A stretch of DNA of 64,000 nucleotides from Rhizaria sp. SCN 62-66 (taxonomy: Eukaryota): the NCBI GenBank assembly GCA_001724265.1, contig MEDY01000036.1, positions 62,001 through 126,000 of the forward strand. The letters are read 5' to 3'. The notes beneath the pieces are model-generated. The model was not told the origin of the DNA. It worked only from the letters and a program-made list of their open reading frames with translations, and searched no databases. A program made the translations under genes and the position numbers. Shown here piece by piece: positions 1 to 12,240 of this stretch (the stretch's first letter is position 1; each line of letters opens with the position of its first letter).

Positions 1-2964
1 CTCGGACTCGAGCGCGCTCTCATTGCCATAGCCAACATCACAACCCTCAGTGCGATTGTAAATGCCATTCCGACTGCTGGCATCCTGCGCTTGCACACCT
101 GCACTCGCACCACCCGCGTCAACAGCAGAAGCGATGGTACCATTGTTGATGTTAGCATTGTTGCCGTTGGTGGTGTTACCTGTGATAGGCGCATCGAACC
201 TGCGAATCAGCGACGGGTTTGCGCTGGCATACTCGACCGCGCTCTCGGGCTGCTCAGGCGCAAACACGCCAAATGGCACAAACTCAGTGGTATTTCCTGT
301 CTTCCCGCTTGCGTTTGCATTTGCACCGACCGCGCTTGTCGGGGGCGCTGGGAAGCGAGGTAAAGCGGCAATGGCAGCGCGCGCAGCAGCGGCGGACGCA
401 GCGGAGGCTGCCTCGGCGCGCGCTGCCTTACTTAGTTTCCGGCCAGTTCCAGTTCCACTCGCAGTCGCAGTCAAGGCGGTGTCCGTTGCAGTGGCATTTA
501 AGGGATCGGCCACGGCAGGATTTTCACTATTGTTGTTGTTGCTTTTGTTGTTGGTCGTGTTGAGATCTTGTTTGCTTGATTCGCCCTTGGATCTCTTTGC
601 AGTGCTTGTGTTGTCGCCTGCACTTGCATTGTTGTTGTCAGCATGAGCGCCGCTATCATCCGTGGTCGCGCTAACCGGCTTGTTAGCGAGCGTAAGCTTC
701 TTCTTCCATTTGTTAATAAAGTCGATGTTATTATTGATCTTGACTAAGTATGCGTTCATGTAGGGAGGCCAGGACACCCTGCCATGCGTCAGTGTAAGCG
801 CCCACAGCCACTCGGCGCGCACAACATACACGGAGGAGCTCGTATTAGCTCCAGCAGCAGCTGCGGGGGCACGATCCGCGGTCGAGACTGCAGCTGGTGA
901 GGCTGGAGAGTTGATGTTCGCGTTGTTGTTAAAAGCTGCAGCCGCTTCAACGGCAGGTGCGGCGGCCGCAGTGACGTATAAAGGACCAGGCAACATCAAC
1001 GGGGCAGCGTCACTGCTGCTGTCATTCATGTTCCCGCTGTCTCCGTCAGCATCTGACATCGCTATAGCGCTCGCGCTCGCGCTCGCGCCGAGACTATTGG
1101 TAGCCGAGGCTGTTGGAGCAAAATTAGCGGAAGGCACGCCATGGTACGTTGAGTCGACGATCAGGTACTTACATTCTGGGGTAAGGACCTCGCTTACAGT
1201 GCCGCCAAGCTCGCGGATACGCTTGGACACAGCAGCGCGCATTCGGCGTTCGTGCGCTTCAGAGAACGTGTTCCTGTTTATGTCGCTATTGCTCAGAGGA
1301 GGAGGCGCAAGACCCGCGATGCAGACGGTTTGTCCTTGCAAGTAAACCGAGAACAAACCGACTTTCACACTGTCACACACACTCGCGAGCGTCGTGCAAT
1401 CACTGCTAGCGCTGGTGCGTAAACTCCGGCGCACTATAGGGACTCGAAGCCCGCAGTCGTGGCCGTACGCATCGTAGATCGCGCTCACAGTTGCAGAGCT
1501 GCTGACAACCGCGCTGGAGCCCACGATAGCCTTTGTGCTGGAATTCACGCCTGCGCTCGCGCCGTGAGCCATCGCCACAGCCGCCACGGCCAGGGACCCA
1601 TAACGCAGCGCAAAGGCGAGGAAGTCATGCGACACGACGGTCATTCCGTCGTTGTTAACGGCGAACTGGTACTTTTTCGACCCGGGCGCGACCGCGACGA
1701 CGTGCGTGCACACGTTGGGCATCAGCGCGTCCGTGACCGCGGCGCCGCACAGCGTGGCCAGGAGCTCGAGCTGGCCGGACCGCAGCAGGAGGGCGCCGCC
1801 GGTGACTGTGAACACGGCGGTGCCAAGGCAGCGCGCGCGCGCGAGGAGGAAGGCGTTTAGACACGCAAGGAAGAGAGTCGGCGAGCGCAAGACGGGGGCA
1901 GCGGCGGGGATTGTGAACGCGGGCGCAGTAGCAGAACTGCCACTCGCACTGAACATGGGCGATGCTTGGACAGTGCTGTTGGAGTGACTAGCGGCGGAGG
2001 ACCCGTCGTCAGTATTCGTGGAGTTTGCGACAATGACGGCATTGAGGCGCTGCGACGACGACCATAAAATCTCTAGCGTTGTCGTGCTTACATCCGCGTC
2101 TTCATTCACATTTGCAGAGTCAGTCTGTGCCGTGGGCGTGACGGATAGAAACGACAGCGGTCGCGGCTGCGGGAACGTAATCAACAGCTCAGACAGGTCA
2201 CTGCGGCCAAGGCCCGTCGTTGCGCCCGCAGCAGTGACGTCGGCGTACAGGGAGCGCGCGAGCTGCGCCTGAGGACACGCGTTGAGAGACTGGAAGTTCG
2301 CCACAACCCGCGGTTCCTGCAGTGGCGACTGCGGCTGCGGGTTCCATGCGGGGTACAGAGTCGATAAATCGGCATCGTTTAGTAGCGGGGCGACGTCGAC
2401 TGTGGGCGTCTCAAGCAAGGCAAGCTCGAGGAACGTGACGACGTCGACGAACTCAAGCACGGGCACTGCGAATAACAGCTCTGCAAGCATCGACGTGGGC
2501 TCTTTCGTCATCGAAAGCTTGTTGGCAGCTGCAGAACCTAGATAGGGGCTAGCAGTGGCATCATTTGCAACTGTCGCAGCGGCCGCATTCGGAGCGTCAG
2601 CTGTTGTGGCTTGCTGTTGCTACTGTTCCTTCTGCTGTTGGATCGCGCGCGCTGCAAGTCCAGCTCCGACGTCGATGTCGGTTTGCGCCAGCAGGGCTGA
2701 GAGGCGGTCTTTGATAACACCCGGAACGGACGGATCGTTACTTGAGATAAGGTAATAAAACTTGCCATCGAACGTATTATTCGCCGAGCGCTTCGTTAGG
2801 AGTCGCTGCAGAGCGTTGAAAAAGGTGTCTTGCGAGGTCGTGAGACCCATGTTGGAGGCGCTCGCGACAGCCCGGACAACAGAGACATAAGGGCTGCGCA
2901 CGTCTAAGTAGACAATGCCACTGAAGCGCTTCGCCGGCGCAGCGCGGGGCGCGGGGTCAGACAT
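1..2964 (-). CDS. Multi-BRCT-domain protein (TopBP1/Rad4-like or similar); 3' end runs off the window; in-frame TAG at 2620-2622
   Basis: ATG at 2964. After the TAG at 2620 (context QQQKEQ*QQQA) the same frame stays open to position 1. BRCT-like segments: 'FTVTGG...LATLCGAAVTDALMPNVCTHVVAVAPGSKKYQFA...VVSHDFL' (~1815-1615) and 'LQGQTVCIAGL...IRELGGTVSEVLTPECKYLIV...VVRAEWLW' (~1340-800). Confidence 0.75.
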
Positions 2965-3584
2965 GGCTGGGCGGGAGGCAGCGCTGAGGCTGGGCCAGGG
3001 AGTGTGACAAAATGGGTGCGCGGTGGAGTGGAAGTAAACTGCGGATATAGAAACAAGGCGGTAATATTAGCAAGTATAATTACAGTTCCTAGTAAAAGAA
3101 TTTATTTCAGTACTATTCATTGGACGTCTTTTCTGTTACACGGAAGTTTGACGTAGATCACGCACTTGGAAATCGGCCGTTAGTCAGAGCGCCAAGGAAG
3201 CCGCAGCTTCTGCCCGCCTCCCACCTAAAGCACATTTTGCACGGTTTCGGGTGTATATATTTATTTAACCTCTAAAAATCAAGTCGGTACATAAATATGG
3301 AGTGACATGAAATGTGTATTCACAAATTATGCGGAATTTAACAACAACCGCGCGTATCAAAGCTAAGTATTCAGTCGCCACTTCACTGAAGCAGCGACAT
3401 CAGGGAGCAGATCCTAAGAGCGTGCACATACAACGAAACGAGGCATCAGAACTCTCTCTATATCACAAGAGGTCACAAGCGATCCGTCTTCGGGACCACA
3501 TATTGCCACAACAACAAAAAATAAACAAGAAACATCTAATATACGAAGCGCCGTAGAGAGTGAGGACAGCAGCGAGTGGCTTGC

Positions 3585-5827
3585 TTACATGGCGAGGTTG
3601 TTCTTCACATTCTCGGCGTGCGCAAGCGTCTCCCGGAGCATGTCCTGCATATTGCCCAGGTGTGCTGCCGCGAGGTCGGTGATCTCGCACAGATCAGCGT
3701 TGAGCCGCTCACGCTCGAGCTCCTGCTGGAGGTCCTGCTCGCGCTTGTCCTTGCGCAGCCCCTCGAGTCGGTCCCGCGCGCCCGCCAGCTCCTCCGCCTT
3801 GCCGTGGCCCAGCGCCGCGTTCTCCTCGCCCAGCGCAAGCATCCGGTCGCCCAGCCGCTTAAGCTCGGCGCCCGTGTCGCGCTCTCTGGCGGCGGCGCGC
3901 TCGCGCACGGCCTCGAGCCGCACCTTGAGTGCGTTGAGAGTTTCGGTGCGCCGCTGCAGCAGCGCCGCGCCGTCCTCCTCGTTCGCGTCGCACTCGTCGC
4001 GCGCCTTCTTCGCGCTCTGAATGCGCGTGTCAAGCCGGGCGCCATACGCCGCGAGCGCGGGGGCGACGGCGCCGGCCAGATCGACCGAGGTGTAACCCTT
4101 GTTGTTGCTGGGTGACGGGTTGACGCCGACCTTGAGCGTGATCAGCGGCTCGCCCGTCGCCGCTACCACGGCGCCCGTGCCATCCGCAAGGTCCAGGTGG
4201 TCGAGCACCGTGTTGAGCTCGGCCGCGAGCGCCTCGACGTCCTGCAGCTTCGCCGCGATCTCGGCCTGCGCGGCAGCGAGCTTGCTCTCAGAGAGAGACT
4301 TCATCGTCGCCTTGTCCGCCTCGGACTTGCGCAGCTTCTCCAGGCTCTGGCGCATCAGCTCGGCGTCCGCAGGCGTCACAGCCTGGGTGGAAACCTTGTT
4401 GCGACAGCTGTTGATCAGCTCCTGGATGTCGCTCGCCTCGGCCTAAACAAGAAAAAGAAACCGCCGAAATAAGAAATGTAACATAAGAAGAATGTGAGCG
4501 ATAGTCAATACAATATTTTACATCAACATTCCATGATACATAATATTAAGTACACGTGAATTTAATGCGCATTAGTTCCAATCACACGGAGATATCTCAA
4601 CTATTAGATATTATGCACATCGAGAGTCGGTGGGTTGACTGACGAACCTGGTACTGGCGGACGCGCTTCTCGCCCTCGGCCAGGCGGGGCGCAAGCTTGG
4701 CGATCATGTCCTCGAGGCTGGCGTAGTACGCTTCCATCTTGCTCTTGTCGCTGCGCAGGTCCGTGCGCTGCCCCTCGAGCACGGCCATCTCGCCGCCGCG
4801 CTCGCGGACCGCGGCAGTCTCCTTCACCAGCGCGGCGCAGCGGGCCTCGGCGGCCGCGATCCCGGTCTCCAGCTCGGCGCGCTTGCTGCGGATCGATTCC
4901 TCCAGCTTCGGGTCTAGCAGCGTGATCTGCTCGCCCGCGCCGAGAAGCCAACGCTCGTAGCCGCTGGCGGAGACGAGGAACATCGCGAACGTGTTGAAGT
5001 CCTCGCTCACGGGGGAGCTGTTGTCGCCATTACCGCCGCCAGCGGGCGTGGGGACAAGGGGCATGTCGGCGGCGGCGTCGAACATGTCCTCAAAGTGGAC
5101 GATGTTGTCGATGAGCCACACGAGGCACGCCAGCAGCAGCGGCGCGGACGACTGGGAGCGGATCCAGGACTTCTGGAACGCGTGGGGGTATCCCAGGAGC
5201 CTGAGCAGGCGCGGGAAGTCCTCTTCAACGGACTTGTCGGTAATCTGCGTGCTGTGGTCAATGCTGGCGAGCACGACGTTGGCGGCGATAATAAAGTCGC
5301 GGCGGGACAGAGGGGAACTGATCTGGACGTTGGCGTTGCGGCTCAGCATGAAACGGAGCAGCTTGGCCATGTTCGAAGTGTTGTTGTTCACTGCAGTCTG
5401 GCGCAGCGCCGACGAGTTCGAGTACGAAAACGCAGGCTTAGATGTAAAAACACTCAGGCGACGGCTAAAAAGAAAGGTTGAGAGAGAAATACAGAGAGGG
5501 ACGGAGCGGGCGAACAAAGAAGCGAGTTGGTGAAGAGGTGAGCTGGAGGATTCTGTCGGGTTTCTGGAGTAGAAACAGTCCAGAAAGGAAATTAAACAAT
5601 GTGACAGGATAGATAAATAGTACATATAAGAGGACGTACCTGTCGGTGGTGGAAAGACCCGCACTCTTGCCGCCCATGCTGATGCGCGAGGAGGCGCGGG
5701 TGGCGCGTTGCTCGGAGGCAAAGTCGGCAGACTTCATGAGACCATCGAGGCCGTTACCGCCAATAGACTGGCGTGTAGAACGACCGTTGCCAATAGAAAG
5801 TGGCATAGTAGAAAGACGACGAGCCAT
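3585..5827 (-). CDS. NDC80: Kinetochore protein Ndc80/Hec1; exons 5827-5640, 5464-4648, 4442-3585 (~620 aa)
   Basis: Basic N-tail with RRLS motifs, CH-like domain 'EEDFPRLLRLLGYPHAFQKSW...LLACLVWL', long coiled coil. The GT-AG introns keep the frame; stop is TAA. Confidence 0.85.
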
Positions 5828-5904
5828 CTTTTGATTTTACGATCGCCTTAGCGTCAAACACATAAACGTAACCACCCCGGTTTCGTCTCCCTCGCAGCTG
5901 CCGC

Positions 5905-5915
5905 TCCAACGGCTA
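5905..5915 (+). promoter_or_regulatory. MSA/MYB-like element TCCAACGGCTA upstream of NDC80
   Basis: Matches the YCYAACGGYY consensus and lies ~80 bp from the NDC80 ATG. Confidence 0.45.
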
Positions 5916-6126
5916 TTTTGTTCGCTACCTAGGCCCACAGTCAGAGGCGATTTGTGGTCAGTCCGGGACCTTGACTTGGAACACGCATATCTCATTATTT
6001 AGATCGTTAATTGGTATTTAAGCGATGCATCTTACTTTAAATATTCCCTAAATATTATGCATTGATTTATCAGTCCTTAGACACTTTATTACGTTGCAGC
6101 AGATCGTCGTAATTGACCTGTTCCAG

Positions 6127-6780
6127 ATGTAGCCTCAGGGCCCTCCGCCCTTCTCTGCCTCTATCGCTTCACCCTCATCCTCTCAGGCTTATGCAGCTGA
6201 TGAAGAGCCCGACACGACGGAAAGTGCGATGAATAGATTTGCGCCGGACGAGCACACTGCGTTCACCGCGCAGAATTGGGCCGAAATGGCCGCGGCACTG
6301 TGCGACGACAATACCCCGCCGCCGCCACCGTCCCCGCCGCGAACTCCGGCGCTACCCTCTGCATTCACAGAGCAGGCGTCCTTATCATCACCACAGTCTC
6401 TGGTGGACGCGATTGTTGATGCTGAAGAGTGTGAAATGATCCCTGCGTCGCGTATCTACCGCCCGCCGCGCTTCTCGCCGCCCTCATCGCCGTGGGCCTT
6501 CCGCCCGCCGCCCGGTCCGCCGCAGTCCGTGCCGTCGCTGGTGACGCTCGTCACCGAACGGCTCTCGCACCGCATGGACCTGGCGGGCCCGCGGCTGGCG
6601 GCGCTGCCCGAGGACGTGGCGGAGCAGCTGCTTGTGCACATCATCACGCGTGGCGGCCTCACACCCAGCAACGCGCGCTGGTTCTACGACTGCGGACACG
6701 CAAAGGTGGAGAAGTTCATGCGCGAGAACGTCAGTTTGTTCCGCGGGATCCCGCCGCCGGACCAGCCAGGGTGCCACTGA
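6127..6780 (+). CDS. Small protein of unknown function with a globular C-terminal domain; start at 6127 (ATG TAG CCT...) if TAG is sense, otherwise 6229
   Basis: GC-rich ORF 6229-6780 ending TGA, with a folded-looking segment 'VPSLVTLVTERL...LAALPEDVAEQLLVHII'. An in-frame upstream ATG at 6127 is followed by TAG and 32 sense codons. Confidence 0.65.
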
Positions 6781-7530
6781 GCGGGCGTTGTTTGCTCGTT
6801 GCACAGGGGCGCATTATCTATCTAGTCTGCTACATAGTCGACTGTTTACATCATTAAGCTTATTGAGCCAATACACTCATGAATACGCTGTTTCTTCGCA
6901 CTTACCGAATCTTATCATATACTAGTAGTATGATGCGGTTTTTTTTTTAGCGAACGTCACGCCTGAAATGTATGACGATTTAAGTCCGTTTTAAGTTTTA
7001 CGGTGTATTTCTGTTTAGAAAGCACGTGAACAAGATGATATCGCAAGCCACTGAAGCTATAGTTTAAAAGAAGCACATCATCTGTATCAGTATGTGCTGT
7101 GACGTCTGCGGTCTTATTTGATGAAACGGCAGTCCAAGTGCCGTCTGTTATAGTCGGTGCTCTTTCCCTCCGGAGCGCACAGCGGACGGAGAAAGACGAG
7201 TACAACAAGGATCCCAAACGTCATAAAAAGAAATAAGAAACGTGTACGAATACGTACGTTGACATATATACAAAACATAAACACAAATCAACTACTTTAG
7301 AAAAGGGGCAACATGCGTTTCACATGCGATGCCCTGTGAAGTCACCAATGCATTGGTGGCCCGTATCATCAATGAAGGTCCAAGCGCAATGGTCACAAAA
7401 TAAACAAGGAAAAACAACAACAAAAGCAAAAGAGTCCCGTCAACTATGAAAAACGACGCGATTCAAGACTCCTAGCAGTGAGCTTTACTCATAACAAAAG
7501 CAGGCGCGTGAGCCCAATTTGCTGTCTCAC

Positions 7531-10500
7531 TCAATACGTCTGAGCGAGCTTCGCCACGATCTCATCCGTCTCCGCGGCCTCGGCGGCCAGCTGTCCGAGC
7601 ATGCGGCGCTTGCTCTCGCCCAGCAGGCGCGACAGCTCGCTGTGCGCGCGCAGGTAGGCTGAGAAGAGCATCGGGTCGACGCTGCCGTTGCCGCTGCCCG
7701 TGGCCTGTTCGTAGAGCGCACTGACCTTGGCGGCCGCTGCCTCGACGGAGCCAGGCGTGAGCACGACCGCGGGAGCAGCGCTCATGCTCACACTCGCACT
7801 TGCAGTAGCTGAGGCAGGGTAGCTAATGACGGACTCGGTCGTCGCGGCCGCCGCAGCAGGGGCGGATACAGGCGCTGGAGTGCCGGCGGCACGAGCAGGG
7901 CCCTTGCTGTGCGCACTGTTGGCGCTGGCGCTGGGCCCGGCGAGCGCGGCGGCGGCAGCAGCGGCGGCGGCGGCCCACTGCGCGCTGTTCTTGCCCGCGG
8001 CCGCGGAGCCGGCGTCGTCGCTTGTGCCGGAGATGTACGCCGTGAAAACGTTGGGGCCGGTACCGACCGCGGGGGGCAGGAACTGCGTCAGGTTCTGCGC
8101 CGCCGTCGAGGGGGACGCGGCGGACGGGGCCGCCTCGGCCGCAGCAGCCGCGCCTGCGCCGTTGGCCCGGTTCTTGCGCGGCGTGGACTTGGAGATGGGG
8201 AGGCCGAAGGCGTTGGTGATGCCGTCGCGGCCGTCCTGCTTGGAGCGCTTGAGCTTGGACGTGATCTCGGTCACGCTGTCAACGGTAAACAGAGCGTTCT
8301 TGGCAGCGGCAGCAGCAGCGACAGGCGCAGCTGTGGTGACGTTTGCCGTGCTGTTCATGGCGCTATTGTTATTGATCACCTCAACATCAGTCATAGCATT
8401 GATGTTGGCGTTGTTGTCAGAGTCTAAGTCCTTGGAGGGGGACATCTCGCCGCTCAGCCGCTTAAGACCGCGGTTACCGCCAGCAGCCGCAGAGTCGGAA
8501 GAAACCTCCGCCACAGGTGCAGTTGCAGCCACCGCGGCAGCTGGAGTCTGGGGGCAAACACTCACGTTAGTGGAGACGTTCACGCCTGCATATGCCGATA
8601 CAACGCGAGACACAGTGCTTGAGTTCACGTTATTAGCGCTCAAGCTCGTGTTCGCAGCGGAGCCGGAGCCGGAAGCGAGGGCTGAGAGGGCCTTCGTGCG
8701 CTGCTGCAGGGAGCTCGAGCTAGCGTTGTTGGCGCTGCTGCCGCTGGCGCCGGTGACGACAATGGGGACGGCGGCGGCGACAGTGGGAACGACACGAGGT
8801 GCAACGACGGGAGCAATGCTAGCGCTGACGCTGTTATTAGGAACAACAGCGCTGCGGCGAGGAGTGAGAGGACGACCGCTGCCGCTACTTTTGACTGTGC
8901 TCGCGTTCACGCCGTTGACTGAGCTGTTATTCGCCGCGTTGCTCGTCGTGTTCACGATTGCGCTGTTGTTGTTCGAAGCAGAGACGACAGGACGGCAGAC
9001 GTTGGACGAAACGCCCGTGCGCGCGTCACAGGGCGCAAACGAGACATCGATCTCGCTTTCCACCGCACTGCCGTTGCCAGTACCCGCGGCGGCAGCACTA
9101 AGATCGTTGCCAGCGCTGTCACCCATTAAGGCTACTGCGCTGCTGGACGCGGCGGCGCTGACTGAGGGAGCGAGCGCAAGCGTGGGACGGTGGTCGTCGC
9201 TGCCGCGGACGGGCGAGCGGTCAAAAGCGCTGACAAACGACAAGTCCGAAGCGCTGACAGCGGTGGCGGCGTCCACAGCAGCAGCGGTAGCAGAAGCAGA
9301 GGTTGCAGGGGCGACCATAGGGGCAACGGAGACGCCAACGATGTCGTCCTCGTCGTCGTCAGCCTTCGCGGTGTCGTTGCTTGCCTCCGCACTGTTCACG
9401 GCGTCAGCGCTCACATCAGCGCCGCTGACGTTGGCGCTGTTGTTTCCGCTCTGCGCCTGAGACTGCGCCTGAGACTGCGACTCGTCGGTCTCGTAGGGGT
9501 TGTAGAGCAGAGAGCCGCGGCGGTGGCCGACTGCGGCCCAGTTTGGGGGCGAAAACGGCAGCACAGCGGCGCCGGCACCAAAACTGAAGCCAGCGCCAGA
9601 GCCAGAGGTGGAGTTGGCCGCGCTGGAAGTGACCACGGTGCGCTTCGCACCGGCTACGCTGGCTGCGGTCGCGCTGGTGATGAAGCCGCTGTTCATAGTG
9701 TTCGCACTTGTCGAGCTAGCAGCAGTGTTCACATCATTGCTAGCGATGGCGACGTGGTTTGCGGGAGACATCAGAGCCGCCTCAGCGCCGGCGCCGGAGT
9801 CGGCAGCGGCGATGTTGAGGCCCGCGAGCGCGGGGCGGCTAGAACTGGAAGCGTCGGCGGCGGCGTCAGAAGTGGAGAGGTTCGAGGTGGAGGACTCGGC
9901 GGCCTCCTCTTCGTAATCAGCGCTGTCATCGTTGTTGTTGTCGGTGTCGACAACAGCAGCATCGGCATCAGCCGCAGCAGCCTCAGTCTCAGTCGGAGCA
10001 GCAGCCTCAGTCTCGGTTTCAGCAGCTGCGTCATTGCCGTCTGCCTCGTTGTTCCGACTCACAGCCTCATCAGGCTGAACAGCAGGAGCATTTCTCTCAC
10101 CGTTGACGTCGAAGCTTGCACTCGCCGTCTCAGTGGCAGAAACCGTCACTGTGGCCGTGGCCGCGGCGGCGGGGAGCAGACTGGGCCTGTTGGGGGTCTG
10201 CGAGAGCGAGACGCGTCCGCTGCCGCTGGGCCCGTCGCTGGCAACAGTGAGCGCTAGCTGCTTAAACGCCTCTGCCATATCCACGCCCATCTTGGCCAGC
10301 ACAGAAACGTAGTACGCGGGGTCAGCTACGCGTGCCATGAGTTCCACCACGCGCCGCGCCAACGCTTGCGTGGCCGCGGTCTTGTCGCGCGACAAATGCA
10401 CGCTCGCGGTGCAGAGGGCCGTGAAGTAGTCCTGCGTGATGTCCTCGCGCGTGGCGAGCTCAAGGCAGGTAATGAGGCTCAGTGCGGCGTTGTACCGGAT

Positions 10501-11646
10501 CGCACTGTTGCTGTGCAGGGCAGCGGGATCGCACGACCTGAGAGGGAGAAACGCGCAAGAGAAGAAAATGCAGGATACCAAACGCATTAGTCATCAGTAG
10601 ATCATAAATTGATATGAATTTTGAACATTACTTTGTGGATTTATGCGTATCAGTTTAGGATAGGCAATTATAACAAAGTTGTACTGATGTGTGAAGCGTA
10701 AGGAAATTAGTGAAAAGCTCGTTGTTGAGGGAAGAGATTTAGGAACGTACCTGGTGAAAGTCTCGAGGAATTTGCACTTGGTGACAACGCAGAGCGCATG
10801 CAGCGCCTCCTTGGCGGCCGCGGCAAGCGGTTTGGAGCCCGTGCGCGCGGAAGTGGCGATGAGGATCTGCGCCGCAGCGTGCAGCTTGGGCATCTGCAGC
10901 AGCGCCGGCGCGAGTACCGGCTGCGAAAACACGTCGCGGAAGCAAAAGTACGTGTAGATCTGCAGCTCGGGCCGCTCAGAGACGGAGGCGCGGAGCAGCG
11001 GGCGGTAAAACTGCTTGAGCTGCTGCTGTAGCACGGCTGGGTGGTGGATCGCGAGGCGGCGCACGGTGATGATCATCCTTGCCTCCTCAAGCCAGTCCGT
11101 GATCGTCGGCAGCGCTGCGATGCGGAGGGCCTCGGCGAACGCCACAGCGGGGTCATCGAATGCAGCGGGGGGCGCGGGGTCGCGCAACTCGTCCGTCATC
11201 GCCTGTTTGGCGAGTGCGGCGGCCGTGTTGGGCGTCGCGGCGCCGTTGGCGCTGCCGTTGCCGCTGGGAGCGCTGTTATTGGTGCCGTTGGCGGTGGCGG
11301 TCGGCACGGAGAAGCGAGGCACGGCGGAAGAAAACGCAAGCGGGAGGTCGTCCAACGGCGTGTCGGAAACCGTGGCGGCGCGGTGGCGCGAGGCGAGAAC
11401 GCGGGACTTGGTCGCGGAGTGCGCTGCAGCGGAGAGCGGGGGCAGCGCGGCCGACGTCGGGGTGGCCGCCACAGGCGCGATGTTCTCGTGCGCCATACCG
11501 TCGCCGTTCTCGGCAACAAAAACGCTGGGGCCAGACGCCTGTGTAGAACAGCGCGCGGGCGGGGTGGCGGGAGCGAGCGCGGACGACTCGCCGTCACGTG
11601 AAGGCAACATGACACGCCTAGAGCCTGTGGTAGGGCACGAGGGCAT
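7531..11646 (-). CDS. TOG/CLASP-N (TOGARAM/crescerin-like) HEAT-repeat protein with a long disordered tail; exons 11646-10751, 10537-7531
   Basis: 'DWLEEARMIITVRRLAIHHPAVL...LLRASVSERPEL...CFRDVF' resembles TOG HEAT repeats. Intron GTACGT...CTCAG joins the two ORFs in frame; stop is TGA. Start codon uncertain. Confidence 0.65.
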
Positions 11647-11810
11647 GCGGCGCGAGGGCGATGATAATAAATAGAGAAATGGATCGAAAAACGCAATGCT
11701 GTTAGTAAAACACAATATTAAATGGCGATTTTAATAAGAAACCGTTATTTGATGCGCCATACACGGTGCTTTCATGTCACACATAGAGGTCTTAGTTTCC
11801 CACCTCGGCT

Positions 11811-11832
11811 GCCAACGGATCTAGCCGTTGGG
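11811..11832. promoter_or_regulatory. Inverted pair of MSA/MYB-like elements (GCCAACGGATCTAGCCGTTGGG) in the divergent TOG/SAS-6 promoter
   Basis: CCAACGG and its reverse complement CCGTTGG are separated by 6 bp; TTTGAA/TTCAAA (CHR-like) motifs follow at 11918-11970. Confidence 0.5.
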
Positions 11833-12240
11833 CCTCGAGATGACCGACAGCCACCGCGCCACCACCTTGCCGACTGTGAGCCCAAACTAAAGACGCTCAT
11901 CGGACGAAGAAGGGCATTTTGAATTCAAATTGCAGAAGTGTACAATCGGTTTTTTGAAATGTGATTCAAATATCATATTTTAAAGTGGGTTTTCTGCTAC
12001 ATTCTGTTTAAACATTGTCGCTAACGATGGATATATGTCAGGAACTGTGTCAGAGTGGCACCACGATTTTGAACCTCCTCAAGTCTGCCTCCACTCCTCT
12101 TCCGCGCGCGCTAGCGCTCACTAACAAAGTCCTTGAGAAACACGGCTCTTAATTTCACTATTCTTAGGTACTATATTTCTGTATCGCACTAAACATATTC
12201 CTTCATGTATCTGTTTGTGCCGTCTACTCCCTCCAGGTTG

